A stretch of DNA of 64,000 nucleotides from a virus (Duplodnaviria; Heunggongvirae; Uroviricota; Caudoviricetes). Every line of letters begins with the position of its first letter. The stretch's first letter is position 1. Made by a program: the position numbers and the translations under genes. This document shows, piece after piece, positions 10,101 to 20,528 of this stretch. The stretch covers positions 26,853-90,852 of IMG/VR virus record IMGVR_UViG_3300020045_002497; one strand, 5' to 3'. The notes under the pieces are model-generated. The model was not told where the DNA came from and ran no database searches. It saw only the letters and a program-made list of their open reading frames with translations.

Positions 10101-13100
10101 TAGATTGAATTTCAGTTAATGTTTTAGACTCATCTATAGCTGTTTGAAATTCTGCAGCAGTTTTATAATTAGATTCTTTAGGAGCAATTTGTAAACCAAC
10201 AGATGATGCTTGAGGAGCACTACCACCGGTAAACTTTTGTCTTACAGCTCTATCACTAAAAATAGATGATATTAATTGTATAGTTGTTTTAGAATTAATT
10301 AAATCTAAAGGATATTGAAACTTACCATTAGCATCTTGAGTAAATACATCTTCCATAATAGAAGTTGCATTTCTAGAAGAAATAGCATCTTGGATAAACT
10401 TCATTAATTCTTGTTGATTACCTTTGAAAGCTTTAACAACTTCTTCTAAAGATTCTTCAATATTAGCTTTATCTAATAAAGCAATTTCACTTTTTAACTC
10501 TTTACCAGATTTACCAATGTAATCTTTATTATCTTCCACCATCCCATAGAATAACATCTTTAATTGTCTTAAAGAGTCATTATGTGAATCAGACATGTGA
10601 TCTGGATTAGCTACTTGCTCACCATAGTTATTTAAATCTAATTCAACAATACTAGGAGTACTAGGATCCTGAATATTAGCTTTAAATGGTGATAATGCTT
10701 TCATAGTAGACTCAAATGCAAGTACTTGTGGGTATTTAACATCAGCATCCATTAAAGCTTTATGTTTAGCTAATAAAGGATTGTTTTTAACAAACTTATT
10801 GCTAATAGGAAATATACTACATTTAACTTGAATAGGTACATATCTTTTTAATTTATTATCATATTGTACACCATAAAAGAAAGGTTTTTTAATAGTTAAA
10901 ATTCCTTTATCTTGTTTTCTATTTAAAGCATCAGCAATATCGGCATTAGTAAATCCTTCTCTTAATTCAGTAGAATCATTACCAAACAATCTTTCTAACT
11001 CTTGGTAAATACCAACAGATACAAATATTTGAGCATCAGCAGCGTTAATAGAATCTTCTTTACCATATTCTTCAGTAGCTAATTTAGCAATATTACTGTT
11101 ACCAGTTAATTCCGCAAATTCTTCTAATATAGGTACAGATAATGAAGCTAACTCCACATCTTTAATTACATTAATTTTCATTTTACCACCTGTAAGGTAT
11201 TTAAATGAATTATCAATAATAGAAGTATCTGCAAATTTAAGCATAGAATATCCTTGGTAAAAACGTTTACCATTATCCTCAGCCCCTTTATAGAATGCAG
11301 AGTCACCATTAATTAATGTAGATATTGAAGCATTAAATAAATATGAATTTAAGGCCCAATTAGTAATAACATTTTCTACTTTACCAGCAAATTTGTTAGT
11401 TACATAATTACCTTTTTCATCTTTATAGATAACATTCTTTTGTTCAGCTAACTCTAAATGTTTATCAATAATAGATTGTAAATTATCATGAATAGTATTT
11501 TTAACTTCTTCTAATAATTCACCTTGAATTAAACCTTGAACAAATGTTGAAGGATTAACTCCTTTAGCAACAGTTTGATCTAAAGTACTTTCAATAACAG
11601 CATCTAATTTAACTTTCAATATTGGACTAATAGCATCAGTCATATTAAACTGTAAACCTAATTTCTTTTTAGTATGGTAATTATCTACTAAATTCTCAGG
11701 AGTCTTTTTATTATCTTTAATATCAATCATTACTTGTCTAATTCTAGCAAGTTCATTAAATACTAATTGTTCAAATTGAGAATGAATTAAACTATTTTTA
11801 TCTAATTTACCATTCTCATCTAATCCTATATTAATTTTAGAACCTGCAAACGCAAATGCTAAACCTTTTTCAGCAGGAATAATTGGAGCATAAACTGCTC
11901 TAGCTTCAGTACCTAATTTATCTTTATCTAAATCATTATTAAACATATTAATGATCATTGCTAAATAATCATCACTATGAATTTGATTAAATTTCTTACC
12001 TTCAATATTATCACCTTGCATTTTAAGACCATCTATAGGAAACATTTCTAACCCTTTAGTGTGCTCTAATACAAAATTTTTATAGTTAATAGGATCTGAC
12101 TGTAACTTATCATTTAATGCTAAACTAGCACTAGAGTTATTAGTTAATGATCTAACTAACTTAGATGCAAATGATTGATGTTGAATAGCATACACTACAG
12201 AATTTTCAACATTATTAAATGATGAAGTAAATAATTCTGTTTGTACATTAGTTTCTAATTTAATTAATTGATTTAAGAAATTTCTAGCATTAGTAAACTT
12301 AGGATTAACATACATTGTATCTGCATAATGCAACAATGTCATAGTTAATTCTTTAAGATTTTTATCATCAACTTTAGAATATTCAGTAACAGTATCATAA
12401 GATAAACTAACACCTAATTTATGAGCTAACTCATAAGTATTATCTACTGTAGCTTTATAAGTTTCATCTAACATATTTTTACCATTAATGTTAGACCAGT
12501 ATTTATCAATTAAAGTTTTAACTTTTTCTTTACTTACTTCATATACTGCAAGTTTATCATTAAACACTCTAATATCATCTGTTTCTTTATTAGTAGGATC
12601 AGTAATATTAGTAGCTGTCCATTGTGTATTTAAATTAACAGCAACATCTTTTCTGTTAGGGTCAAACATTTTAAATTCAAACTTATTACCTTTCTTAGTA
12701 TAAGTCATTAATTTATAGTTTAAAACTTGTTTATTAAAATTTGCTGCAAATTGTTGTTTAAAATTAGTTAATTGTTGTTTATCGGTAATAGATTCAATAG
12801 CTTCAACTACCTGATTAATCTCAGGACTAAATTTAGCTAATGATCTCATAATAGCAAATTGTTCATTGAAAGTTGTTGTACCAACTAATGATTGCTCTAA
12901 TTTATAATAAATCTTTTCAAAAGAATGATATAAAGGAAATCCAAAAGAATCTCTCTGTACAACACTATCTTTTAATACCGGAAGATTAGATAAGAATAAT
13001 TTAATCTCATGTGTAGCTGTTCTAATACCTGAAATAGCTGTCATTTCCTGGAAACCTTTACCTTTATCACTATCTAACTTGTTAGTATCTTCATTCTCTC

Positions 13101-16100
13101 TATTAGTATCTACTACACCCTCCTCTTCTTCAATAACTGAAGTATCTACAAAGTTACCTTTGAAATTAATTTTTTTAGTTAATGAAATTTGACGTTTAGC
13201 GTTATCTAATAACTCAGAGAATTTTTTAATAACTCCTGAAGCTAAAATACCTTTATTTGATAATTCACCAGTTTCAACAAACTTTGTAGTTTCTTCAGCT
13301 AAAACTTTTTGATAATGATTTTTAATATTATTAGCAATAACATTAACATCAACTTTCTTTAATTCAGTTCCTTTAGCTACTTCTTCAGATACTTTAGCTA
13401 ATAATACATTAGCAATAGCATTGGTTCTATCTAATTCTGCACTTAATGGAATAGATCCGTCAGTAAATACTCTTGAGTAAGCATTACCAAATTTATTTAA
13501 ATCAATAGCTTTATTTAATAAACTAGCAGCTATACTACGCTTAGCATAACTACCTTTAATAGTATTTTCAAATACTTCTTGAATTTGTGAAGTATTAGAA
13601 TTTCTAAATATATTGAATAGATTAAAAATCTTTTTAAAGAAATTAATTATACGTTGACCTAATGAAGGATTAACTTCACCATCTACAAACTTAGCAAAAT
13701 CATCAGATAATCTTTCTTCATAATGTAATTGAGTTAAAGCTTGAATGTTTAACTTCTCATTACCTGGAGCTTGTCTTAAGAATTCTAATCTTGCTGCATC
13801 AGGTGCATCATATTTAACTTGAGCTTCATTTAATATAGCTATACGTTCAGTATCTGATAAGATATTTCTAAATACACCGTGAAATGCCTCATGAAACATT
13901 GTTTGATTAGTAGCTCCTTTAAATAGATAAATAAGCATGTTATGAAACATACCATAAGTATCTTTTAAATTACTACCAACTTCTTCAATTAATTTCTCAT
14001 CAGCTAATTGTAATCCAGGTAATATTTGTTTTAAAATATCTTTAGACTTTTGATTAACTTTAGTTCCTTCTAATTTAGTTCTACTAAATACTGGAGCATC
14101 TGATGAATCAAAATCAATATCATCAGTCATTGTTTGACCAGCAAACGGATTAGTAATTGGTTCTATTTTTAAATATTCAACATTAAAATATGTTTGAGCT
14201 TCAGCTTCAGTATCAAATTCTTTAATTAACGCTTGTGTTTCTTTATCTCTTATTTCATTTTTATAAACATAAAATTCATTTTCAACTTTATTTTCTAAAG
14301 CAGCTAATTCTGCGTCATATTTAGCATTGATTTTTTTTAATATTTCAATTGGTGTAACATCATCTATATTTTTAAGTAATTCTGCAAATTCCTCTTCTCT
14401 TAAAGTACCTCTATCAGAAACAAATTCTCCTTTTAATAAAGATCCTATTTTAACTCCATTTTCATCAGTTATAACTTGTTGATAATCATTACTCTTATTA
14501 TAATTTTTACCATTAATTTTAAAATTATTTTTATAATTAAAATAAAGACTTCTAAAAGCTATAGAAAATTTATTATTAGCTAAAGCATTTTTAATTTCTT
14601 GACTAGAATCATCATTATAAAATTTTAATTCTTCTTGTCTACGTTTTTCAATATCTACTTTTTTATCTTCAAAAGAATTTTCATTATTAGAAGTTACATT
14701 TTGAACAGCTGTAGTTTCTTCAGGTTGGATTAAACCTACAACTTCAATATAAGGTTGTACATAATAATTACCTGTAGAATCTGTATAAGCATTAGTTACT
14801 AATCCATTATTTTGGATTAATGTTCTAGTGTATTTAGGATCATTTAATGAGTCAATAGATAAGTTAGCTCTAACTGTACCTAATGCTTGAATAAATTTAT
14901 CAGTATTAATACCATCTTTTAAATCACTAAAAGATATTTTAACCCCACCAACTGAAACAAACCCTTCATTTTGATGTTCTTTATCTTCAATAATTCTAAC
15001 AACATTAGGGTTTTTAGAATATCTAGAATGATTAGTTACAAATACAAAAGGTTGTAATGTATTAATTATTTTAGAATAATTACTTGTATTAGCATCAACA
15101 ATATTATCTTTAAATGTAGTTAATACTAATTTAGAAATATCATTAAAGTTTGCTAAATCTTTAATTAAGTTTGTATAAACTGGTATAACATACCGAGAAC
15201 CATTAGCTGTTTGAACAGCCTGGTAAACTCTACCTACACCAATTCTAGTTCCACCTGTAGGATTCTCTTTAGAAAAAGAAGTTCCTTTAAATTCATTAAC
15301 AACAGCTTCTTGGACTTCATTAATATTTTTAGCAGATAAACTTTCACCATCATCATATAAAAATAATGGTCTACCATCAATCATGTCTTGTGGTCTAGTA
15401 GATGGAGCTTGATCTAAAATTAACTGATTATTTTTATCAATTTTAGTTAATAGTTTTCCATGACCTTTAACACTAATAATAGTATTAATAGTTCCGGTAG
15501 GATAACTTAAAATCTCTTTTCTATTTTTAATTAATTCTTCTCTAACTGCAATAACTTCATCAGTAGCATTTAATGGTAATGGATTTTCTAATCCAATATA
15601 CCCTACAACTGTTCCTTTAGAATCAGTCATCCAAATATCTTTACCATTATGATTATAAGTTACTTCAGTTCCTGCAGTAGCTACATTAGGATAATTAATA
15701 TCTCTAGATACTTCTGGAGTATTATTCTTTTTAGAGAACTCTTCACCACTTTCTTCAACTACTTCACCGGTTTCATCTCTTAACCAAGTCTTAGCTTTTT
15801 CTCCAAATTTAAAAAACTTAGACATTAAAGCATTAGCTCTTTTACTTAAAAATTCTTTAGTGCTTGTACTAGCAATTGTAGTTAATTCTTCATCTTGATT
15901 AATAGTAGTATCTAAAGCAGTAGTAACACCATTAGATAATATTTCATCATTTTCTTCAGCAACAGGTGTAGTAACTACTGTAGATCTTTCTGTAACTCCA
16001 GTTTGTTTATTAATAATATATGCTTCAATCGCTTCTTTATTATTTTCATAATGTTGTTGCTCATCAGCAGTAAACTGTTCTCCTTCTGCACGATTAATAA

Positions 16101-18426
16101 TTTTATCACCTAAGTATTTTACAACTTCATCATTAGATAAAGCTTCTCCTTCTTCTTCTGCAAAATTATTTAATGTAGAATTATCTACAGGTACTCCAAT
16201 ATTTATAGGTTGATTATCTATAACTTCTTGTTTAATTTTATTTTCAGCAACATTATCAGATACTTCGTTTTCAACAGAAATATCTTTAGCATCTAATAAT
16301 TCTTGTAATTTAGGATTACTTAAAGCTTTATATTCAGCAATAAATTGTTGTTGTCTATCTTTTAATTTAACTAAATCTTGAACTTTATTAATAACATCTT
16401 GTCTAATTAAAGGAGAAATATTATTATCAATCTCCAAAGCTTTAATAGTTTCTTTAACATTAGAAGTATTTATATTTCCTAAATTAGATAAAATGTTTAA
16501 TGATGTTGAAGTCCCATTATCAATACCAAATGATTTAGATAATTTAGTATTAATTTCTTGTTGAATTCCTTGAATACGATCTTGAGCATCTTCTAATGTC
16601 CAAGCAGTATACATAAACCTATCTTTAATGTTAGGTTTTAAATCAGGATACACCTCATCTATTGTATTAGATAGTTGTTCAATTTTATTAACTTTATCTA
16701 AACGTTTATTTAAATAAGAACTAACAGCTTCTTTATTACCAGTTAATTTATCTTTAGATAGCTCAATACCCAATATTTGTTCAAATTCATCATTAGATAA
16801 TTTTTTATAAGAATCTAATTCACTTTTAATATCATCAACTTTACCAGCACTAACCATATGGTTAATGTAGTTAATTAACATATCAGATTTATTATTTTGA
16901 ATTTCAAATTCATTGTTAGTAGCTACAGCTTCATCTTGTTGTTCAGATAATGAAGCATGTCTATTTAACATACCAACAGTTTCTTTAAAGGCATCTTTAC
17001 CTTTAATTTCATTAAGATAGTCTAATGCTTTATTTACTGCTTGATCATTATTAGGATTTTTATAAGATTTTAAACCTTCAGATTTAATTTGAGTAGCATT
17101 ACCAAAAATACCACCACTGATTGCTCCAATCATAAAGTTTTCTAAACCTTCAGATGACATAGCTTCATTTAATCCTTTAGAAAATGATTCTTGAAAATCA
17201 TTGTATTCTGGATTATAATATTTTTTAGAATAAAAATCATTTACTCCTTTAGTAACAACTAATTGTTCCCATTCTTCTAAACCTTCAGGTAATGCTTTAC
17301 CTACAGCTTTTCTTAAACCATAAGATTTATCTAATATCTTTTGAACTTTAGATAACTCTGAAGCTTTATAACCACCTTTAACTAGATCCTTTTCAGTTCT
17401 AGCAGCAGCTCCTTTTAATAAAGACTTTTCAGTAGCTGTGCTACCTAACATTGTTTTACCAAATGTTAACCAGTTACTGGCCATAATAACCGGTAAATTC
17501 ATAGCATATGAACTATTACCTACAGATTTAGATAATAATTTTACATAATCTTTTTCACCATCAGTAACTTCTCTAGTTCCTCCTGCAGAAAGCTCTTCTA
17601 ACATTTGTTTTTCAAATTCCTTAGAATCATTCAAAGCATTAGCTGAAGCTTCAGTACCAGCACCTATTACAGCAATAGCACCATTGTTTAAACCATTCTT
17701 TAATTTATTAGCTTTATCTGTTAACTCAATAACAAATTTAGTTTTATCAGCAGCATCTTCAATTTTAGCAGTAGCTCCCATAGCTTCTGCTACAGACATA
17801 CCTAATTTATCTAATGACGCTAATTTACTAGCTGCACTTAATACTTTAGTATAAGCTGCACCAGATAATAATGCTGCACCAGAATATGATACACCATCTA
17901 ATACATCACCAGCCCAAGTATTAACATAAGCTAATTTATTAAAACCTTTAGCATCTTCAGCAGCTTTAGTTGAATACATACCAAATGTTTCATCAATTTT
18001 TTTTTCAGCTTCTTGATTAGCATTAGTTACATCATTATCCCATATTTTAGACCAGTCTGCATTTTTAATAGCAGAACCTATTCCATAGATAGGACTTATA
18101 ACACCGTTAAGTGTTCTAGTTCCTAATTTAGAAGCCGCTCTAGCTACACCAACTCCCCACTTTTCAATAGTAGGTTGTTTTTCTCCACGATGATACCTAT
18201 AATCCCCATTTCTAATAAATGTAGGATCCAAGTTTTTATCATCATATTTAGAATTACCAAAATTAGTATCTCCAAAAGCATCTGAAACTGGACCAGATTG
18301 TCCTATAATATCTGTAGTTGGAGCTTGATCAGCTTCAAAAAATAATCTATCAGCTTCAGTTTTAAATTTATAATCAATTTTATCTACTGAAGGAATATTT
18401 CCTGATGTATATTGTTTTTTACCCAT
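7156..18426 (-). CDS. giant protein (3756 aa) with an RNA-polymerase beta-prime-like aspartate triad; putative virion-packaged RNA polymerase of a crAss-like phage
   Basis: Uninterrupted 11.3-kb ORF. The motif QFGADFDFDKIFF is encoded by the minus strand at 9826..9840 (about residue 2862) and resembles the universal NADFDGD Mg-binding motif. The size and its place after the tail genes match the giant RNAPs of crAss-like phages. Confidence 0.65.
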   Translation of the reverse strand: MGKKQYTSGNIPSVDKIDYKFKTEADRLFFEADQAPTTDIIGQSGPVSDAFGDTNFGNSKYDDKNLDPTFIRNGDYRYHRGEKQPTIEKWGVGVARAASKLGTRTLNGVISPIYGIGSAIKNADWSKIWDNDVTNANQEAEKKIDETFGMYSTKAAEDAKGFNKLAYVNTWAGDVLDGVSYSGAALLSGAAYTKVLSAASKLASLDKLGMSVAEAMGATAKIEDAADKTKFVIELTDKANKLKNGLNNGAIAVIGAGTEASANALNDSKEFEKQMLEELSAGGTREVTDGEKDYVKLLSKSVGNSSYAMNLPVIMASNWLTFGKTMLGSTATEKSLLKGAAARTEKDLVKGGYKASELSKVQKILDKSYGLRKAVGKALPEGLEEWEQLVVTKGVNDFYSKKYYNPEYNDFQESFSKGLNEAMSSEGLENFMIGAISGGIFGNATQIKSEGLKSYKNPNNDQAVNKALDYLNEIKGKDAFKETVGMLNRHASLSEQQDEAVATNNEFEIQNNKSDMLINYINHMVSAGKVDDIKSELDSYKKLSNDEFEQILGIELSKDKLTGNKEAVSSYLNKRLDKVNKIEQLSNTIDEVYPDLKPNIKDRFMYTAWTLEDAQDRIQGIQQEINTKLSKSFGIDNGTSTSLNILSNLGNINTSNVKETIKALEIDNNISPLIRQDVINKVQDLVKLKDRQQQFIAEYKALSNPKLQELLDAKDISVENEVSDNVAENKIKQEVIDNQPINIGVPVDNSTLNNFAEEEGEALSNDEVVKYLGDKIINRAEGEQFTADEQQHYENNKEAIEAYIINKQTGVTERSTVVTTPVAEENDEILSNGVTTALDTTINQDEELTTIASTSTKEFLSKRANALMSKFFKFGEKAKTWLRDETGEVVEESGEEFSKKNNTPEVSRDINYPNVATAGTEVTYNHNGKDIWMTDSKGTVVGYIGLENPLPLNATDEVIAVREELIKNRKEILSYPTGTINTIISVKGHGKLLTKIDKNNQLILDQAPSTRPQDMIDGRPLFLYDDGESLSAKNINEVQEAVVNEFKGTSFSKENPTGGTRIGVGRVYQAVQTANGSRYVIPVYTNLIKDLANFNDISKLVLTTFKDNIVDANTSNYSKIINTLQPFVFVTNHSRYSKNPNVVRIIEDKEHQNEGFVSVGGVKISFSDLKDGINTDKFIQALGTVRANLSIDSLNDPKYTRTLIQNNGLVTNAYTDSTGNYYVQPYIEVVGLIQPEETTAVQNVTSNNENSFEDKKVDIEKRRQEELKFYNDDSSQEIKNALANNKFSIAFRSLYFNYKNNFKINGKNYNKSNDYQQVITDENGVKIGSLLKGEFVSDRGTLREEEFAELLKNIDDVTPIEILKKINAKYDAELAALENKVENEFYVYKNEIRDKETQALIKEFDTEAEAQTYFNVEYLKIEPITNPFAGQTMTDDIDFDSSDAPVFSRTKLEGTKVNQKSKDILKQILPGLQLADEKLIEEVGSNLKDTYGMFHNMLIYLFKGATNQTMFHEAFHGVFRNILSDTERIAILNEAQVKYDAPDAARLEFLRQAPGNEKLNIQALTQLHYEERLSDDFAKFVDGEVNPSLGQRIINFFKKIFNLFNIFRNSNTSQIQEVFENTIKGSYAKRSIAASLLNKAIDLNKFGNAYSRVFTDGSIPLSAELDRTNAIANVLLAKVSEEVAKGTELKKVDVNVIANNIKNHYQKVLAEETTKFVETGELSNKGILASGVIKKFSELLDNAKRQISLTKKINFKGNFVDTSVIEEEEGVVDTNRENEDTNKLDSDKGKGFQEMTAISGIRTATHEIKLFLSNLPVLKDSVVQRDSFGFPLYHSFEKIYYKLEQSLVGTTTFNEQFAIMRSLAKFSPEINQVVEAIESITDKQQLTNFKQQFAANFNKQVLNYKLMTYTKKGNKFEFKMFDPNRKDVAVNLNTQWTATNITDPTNKETDDIRVFNDKLAVYEVSKEKVKTLIDKYWSNINGKNMLDETYKATVDNTYELAHKLGVSLSYDTVTEYSKVDDKNLKELTMTLLHYADTMYVNPKFTNARNFLNQLIKLETNVQTELFTSSFNNVENSVVYAIQHQSFASKLVRSLTNNSSASLALNDKLQSDPINYKNFVLEHTKGLEMFPIDGLKMQGDNIEGKKFNQIHSDDYLAMIINMFNNDLDKDKLGTEARAVYAPIIPAEKGLAFAFAGSKINIGLDENGKLDKNSLIHSQFEQLVFNELARIRQVMIDIKDNKKTPENLVDNYHTKKKLGLQFNMTDAISPILKVKLDAVIESTLDQTVAKGVNPSTFVQGLIQGELLEEVKNTIHDNLQSIIDKHLELAEQKNVIYKDEKGNYVTNKFAGKVENVITNWALNSYLFNASISTLINGDSAFYKGAEDNGKRFYQGYSMLKFADTSIIDNSFKYLTGGKMKINVIKDVELASLSVPILEEFAELTGNSNIAKLATEEYGKEDSINAADAQIFVSVGIYQELERLFGNDSTELREGFTNADIADALNRKQDKGILTIKKPFFYGVQYDNKLKRYVPIQVKCSIFPISNKFVKNNPLLAKHKALMDADVKYPQVLAFESTMKALSPFKANIQDPSTPSIVELDLNNYGEQVANPDHMSDSHNDSLRQLKMLFYGMVEDNKDYIGKSGKELKSEIALLDKANIEESLEEVVKAFKGNQQELMKFIQDAISSRNATSIMEDVFTQDANGKFQYPLDLINSKTTIQLISSIFSDRAVRQKFTGGSAPQASSVGLQIAPKESNYKTAAEFQTAIDESKTLTEIQSSLKWIRKSDDTSIDYIEAYAPAHAKEFFDADGNVKDNIPDELKQMLVYRIPTEGAHSMMAVKVVGFLPKEYGGAMLLPLEVTKQFGADFDFDKIFFISKEFKSKNGVLEAYKYIDGEDKAEERYDLYKTYNKESEVLLEDFSKLSVAEQNIKPARNNRLLENYMQILRSSNMLESLITPSGPGAIAEVYDKVKEPIKIGNFFTPLYQVFNKDLFHKISMLKGVAALQVSGHAWATEGNLEIKDKVVGDKTIEQGVKIKGKGIYKNLSRVMSDANSKIVEELSSMMAVILDAVKTPDQLPSIGISMKTLPMWSYLVRLGLGSKVASQFTSQQAVKDLSILLEANDIQLKDKTFVKQDINNIKTKYNQLYTDTFNELYDKTEQEAKINANASSLLQNLDKIHPDMVSNFKQLSLEDLEKFTGKQEMISKLKGKEKLDYLILQLTVLNVFDESQATIKELNQLNQLFSINKETGPNFEDVNGKLAIYRNLSEKDTLIDGIEPLLHSDAIYPYIKTVEAQMDVMQDHYNFASPFFNAVKDRVAQSQVLGDNISLTSLKDEDRNIVNGFAQAYLDAEHTFKSLFNGTERLSRKDFLTDLKLLLSSRTHLEHKFKVLGDLTISEKEQEWLKAMTLFKSLEVVNIKNSNEAYAALKGGRYELHQKELMINDITRLYNSKFKPLAEALIHHAFENTGFYTGVNSYTGYIHPSVLQSMGLVNDRNKVKPTLQSDYYNPEVLDGIVDQLIRNNAKKFTKVYDNEKSLFTVIDSGKTLILDQKSLDKTKLKEITDGEQTVKYIRFVLNEDYTPIYKLDQTTGDQITFRQVTYLGSPGKLVEINPFSEPQTSLPNNRYEKFTTKAEAKASNLDQFKEFAEDEVVKTPEVVDNEPNADNSENISDGQMEIPMSEDQLAAMFGEEINEENPVQSEEKTVPLAIDFKIQDLKLNIDRDMAQGSISEAKRNEMFELINSTKVTNDKEFGDLINKLCR

Positions 18427-20528
18427 TATTCTTCGTTATCTTGGTTATCATTTAATAATGTACTTCCTTGAACTCTTTCAAACTTAAATTTATTTTTTAA
18501 AGATGTAGCATCTGCCTTACCTCTACCATATAAATAATAAGCAGCGTCAGCATGTACTAAAAATTCATTATAGTCATTAAATTTTAAATCGCCTTCAGGT
18601 GTATGTAAAATATATTTTTGATTATTTAAGTTTTTATTATCTCTTACAAAAGTATAAGATACTTTAGCTTTATCCTCGTTACTTAAAGTACCTCTAGCAA
18701 ATACTGTAGCTATTTCTCCTTTATTTGTTTTAGGATCATAATTTTCAATATTTTTAGGATCAGGTTTACCACCAGATACATATAAATCCATTACTGCTTT
18801 TTGAGTACTACCTAAACCTCTATCAAAATAATCTTGACTATTTTTAGATTGTGGTTTTAATAATACTTCTTCTGTAACAGGATCTTGACCTTTAACTTGT
18901 CTTTGAATAATAGATTTATTAAATGCTTGACCATCAATATAAATACGTTCTCCAGTTTTTACAATATCCCCCTTATTTAAAACAGTACCTGTTGGATTAT
19001 GTGTAGTAGCATCATATACCGTATAAGATTCTGGTGAATTCATAACTCTTTGAGATTCAATTTCTTGAACATCAGAAGGTAATTGAACACCACCTAATTT
19101 AGATTTACTTAATACATTATATGCTGTAGCAATGTTTTGCATTTGACCACTCCATGATTGTCCAGCAATTTCACCTCTTTTTAATTTTGCAATATAATCA
19201 TCATCAAAACCTATAGCTTTAGCAGCTTTAGTTATAAAGTTTCTTAATTCTGTGTTATTATCAATATTAGTATTTACTTTTCTAGGTATAACACGACTAA
19301 TTTTCCCATTACTATTATTACGTTGTTTTAAAGCATCATCATAACTATATGTAGATCCTACCACTTTACCACTAGCATCTTCAATATCAAATATAGTATT
19401 AGATGAAAGGTTATCCCAATTGATATTTACTTTACCGTCAGTACCTACTGATAAAATACCTTTAGTTGATAAATTTTGAAAATCTTTATCACTAGCTAAA
19501 ATATCAACAGTTGATCCTGGTATTGCATTACCTTTTAAATTTAAAGCATCAGTAGCTTTTTTATCTTCAACTGCAGCATGCATCTGATCTTTTAAAATCC
19601 AATCGGCTTTAATTTGTTTTTTAAGTTCAGAACTTTCAGCTTTAGCTACAACACCATTAACAAAATCTTGTTTTAAAGAATCATAATAATAATCACCAGC
19701 TTTAACTTTAGAACCATCTTGTAAAGTAACTTCTGAATTCCAATCTAATCCTCTATCTCTTAAAAATCTATTAGTTTGTTCTTTTGTTTGAGTTCCTAAA
19801 GAAGGATCTTCATCAAATGTAGAATTAACAGAATCTATAATACGTTGTTTAGTTACTCCAGATCTATCAGTATAAATAATCATACCATTAGCATCTCTTC
19901 TTCCTGCACCAGAAGAAAGAATTTGTTTTTCAAATCCTTTAGCATATTCATTTTTTATTTTTTCTAAATCAGCAACATCACTAATAGGGGCTCCTTTATA
20001 TTCATTACCATAAGGATTAGATAATAATCTAGAACCTTCTTCAGCCAATTGATTTAATACAAAAGGATTAGCTCCAGCATGTTTAGCTTCTCTATATTTT
20101 TTATCAGCTTCATCAATAGCTGCACTATTAACTTCTGCTATTTTAAGTTTTTGATAATCACCATTAAAATCTGATTTTAATTGTCCAACTTTTTGAGCAA
20201 ATTGACCAGCATCTAATTTACCAGCTTGATAATCATCAGCTAATTGTTTATTAGCTAAAGTATATTTATTTAAAACTTGAGTTTTAAAATCACCATATCC
20301 TGTATTACGATATTTAATACCTAAGTCTTCACCTGAACCTTCAGATAATACTTGATTACTTACTTTAATTTTATTAAGTTGATCAACCAAAGCATCAGCT
20401 TCAGCTTGTTTAGTAGAATGTTCCTGAGTCATCTTAGCACCTAATGCACCTATTTGTTCAAATGGAAGTGGGACGTATGTTGAGACTGGTTGATAAGTCT
20501 GACTAGTATCGAAACGATTAGAACTCAT
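18426..20528 (-). CDS. hypothetical virion/tail protein (700 aa)
   Basis: ORF track; between the tail genes and the RNAP-like gene. Confidence 0.55.
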   Translation of the reverse strand: MSSNRFDTSQTYQPVSTYVPLPFEQIGALGAKMTQEHSTKQAEADALVDQLNKIKVSNQVLSEGSGEDLGIKYRNTGYGDFKTQVLNKYTLANKQLADDYQAGKLDAGQFAQKVGQLKSDFNGDYQKLKIAEVNSAAIDEADKKYREAKHAGANPFVLNQLAEEGSRLLSNPYGNEYKGAPISDVADLEKIKNEYAKGFEKQILSSGAGRRDANGMIIYTDRSGVTKQRIIDSVNSTFDEDPSLGTQTKEQTNRFLRDRGLDWNSEVTLQDGSKVKAGDYYYDSLKQDFVNGVVAKAESSELKKQIKADWILKDQMHAAVEDKKATDALNLKGNAIPGSTVDILASDKDFQNLSTKGILSVGTDGKVNINWDNLSSNTIFDIEDASGKVVGSTYSYDDALKQRNNSNGKISRVIPRKVNTNIDNNTELRNFITKAAKAIGFDDDYIAKLKRGEIAGQSWSGQMQNIATAYNVLSKSKLGGVQLPSDVQEIESQRVMNSPESYTVYDATTHNPTGTVLNKGDIVKTGERIYIDGQAFNKSIIQRQVKGQDPVTEEVLLKPQSKNSQDYFDRGLGSTQKAVMDLYVSGGKPDPKNIENYDPKTNKGEIATVFARGTLSNEDKAKVSYTFVRDNKNLNNQKYILHTPEGDLKFNDYNEFLVHADAAYYLYGRGKADATSLKNKFKFERVQGSTLLNDNQDNEE

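Noticed and set aside
12488-12703. Plus-strand 71-aa ORF inside the giant RNAP-like gene
   Set aside because: Antisense to an uninterrupted 11-kb ORF; hydrophobic low-complexity translation typical of AT-rich antisense frames.
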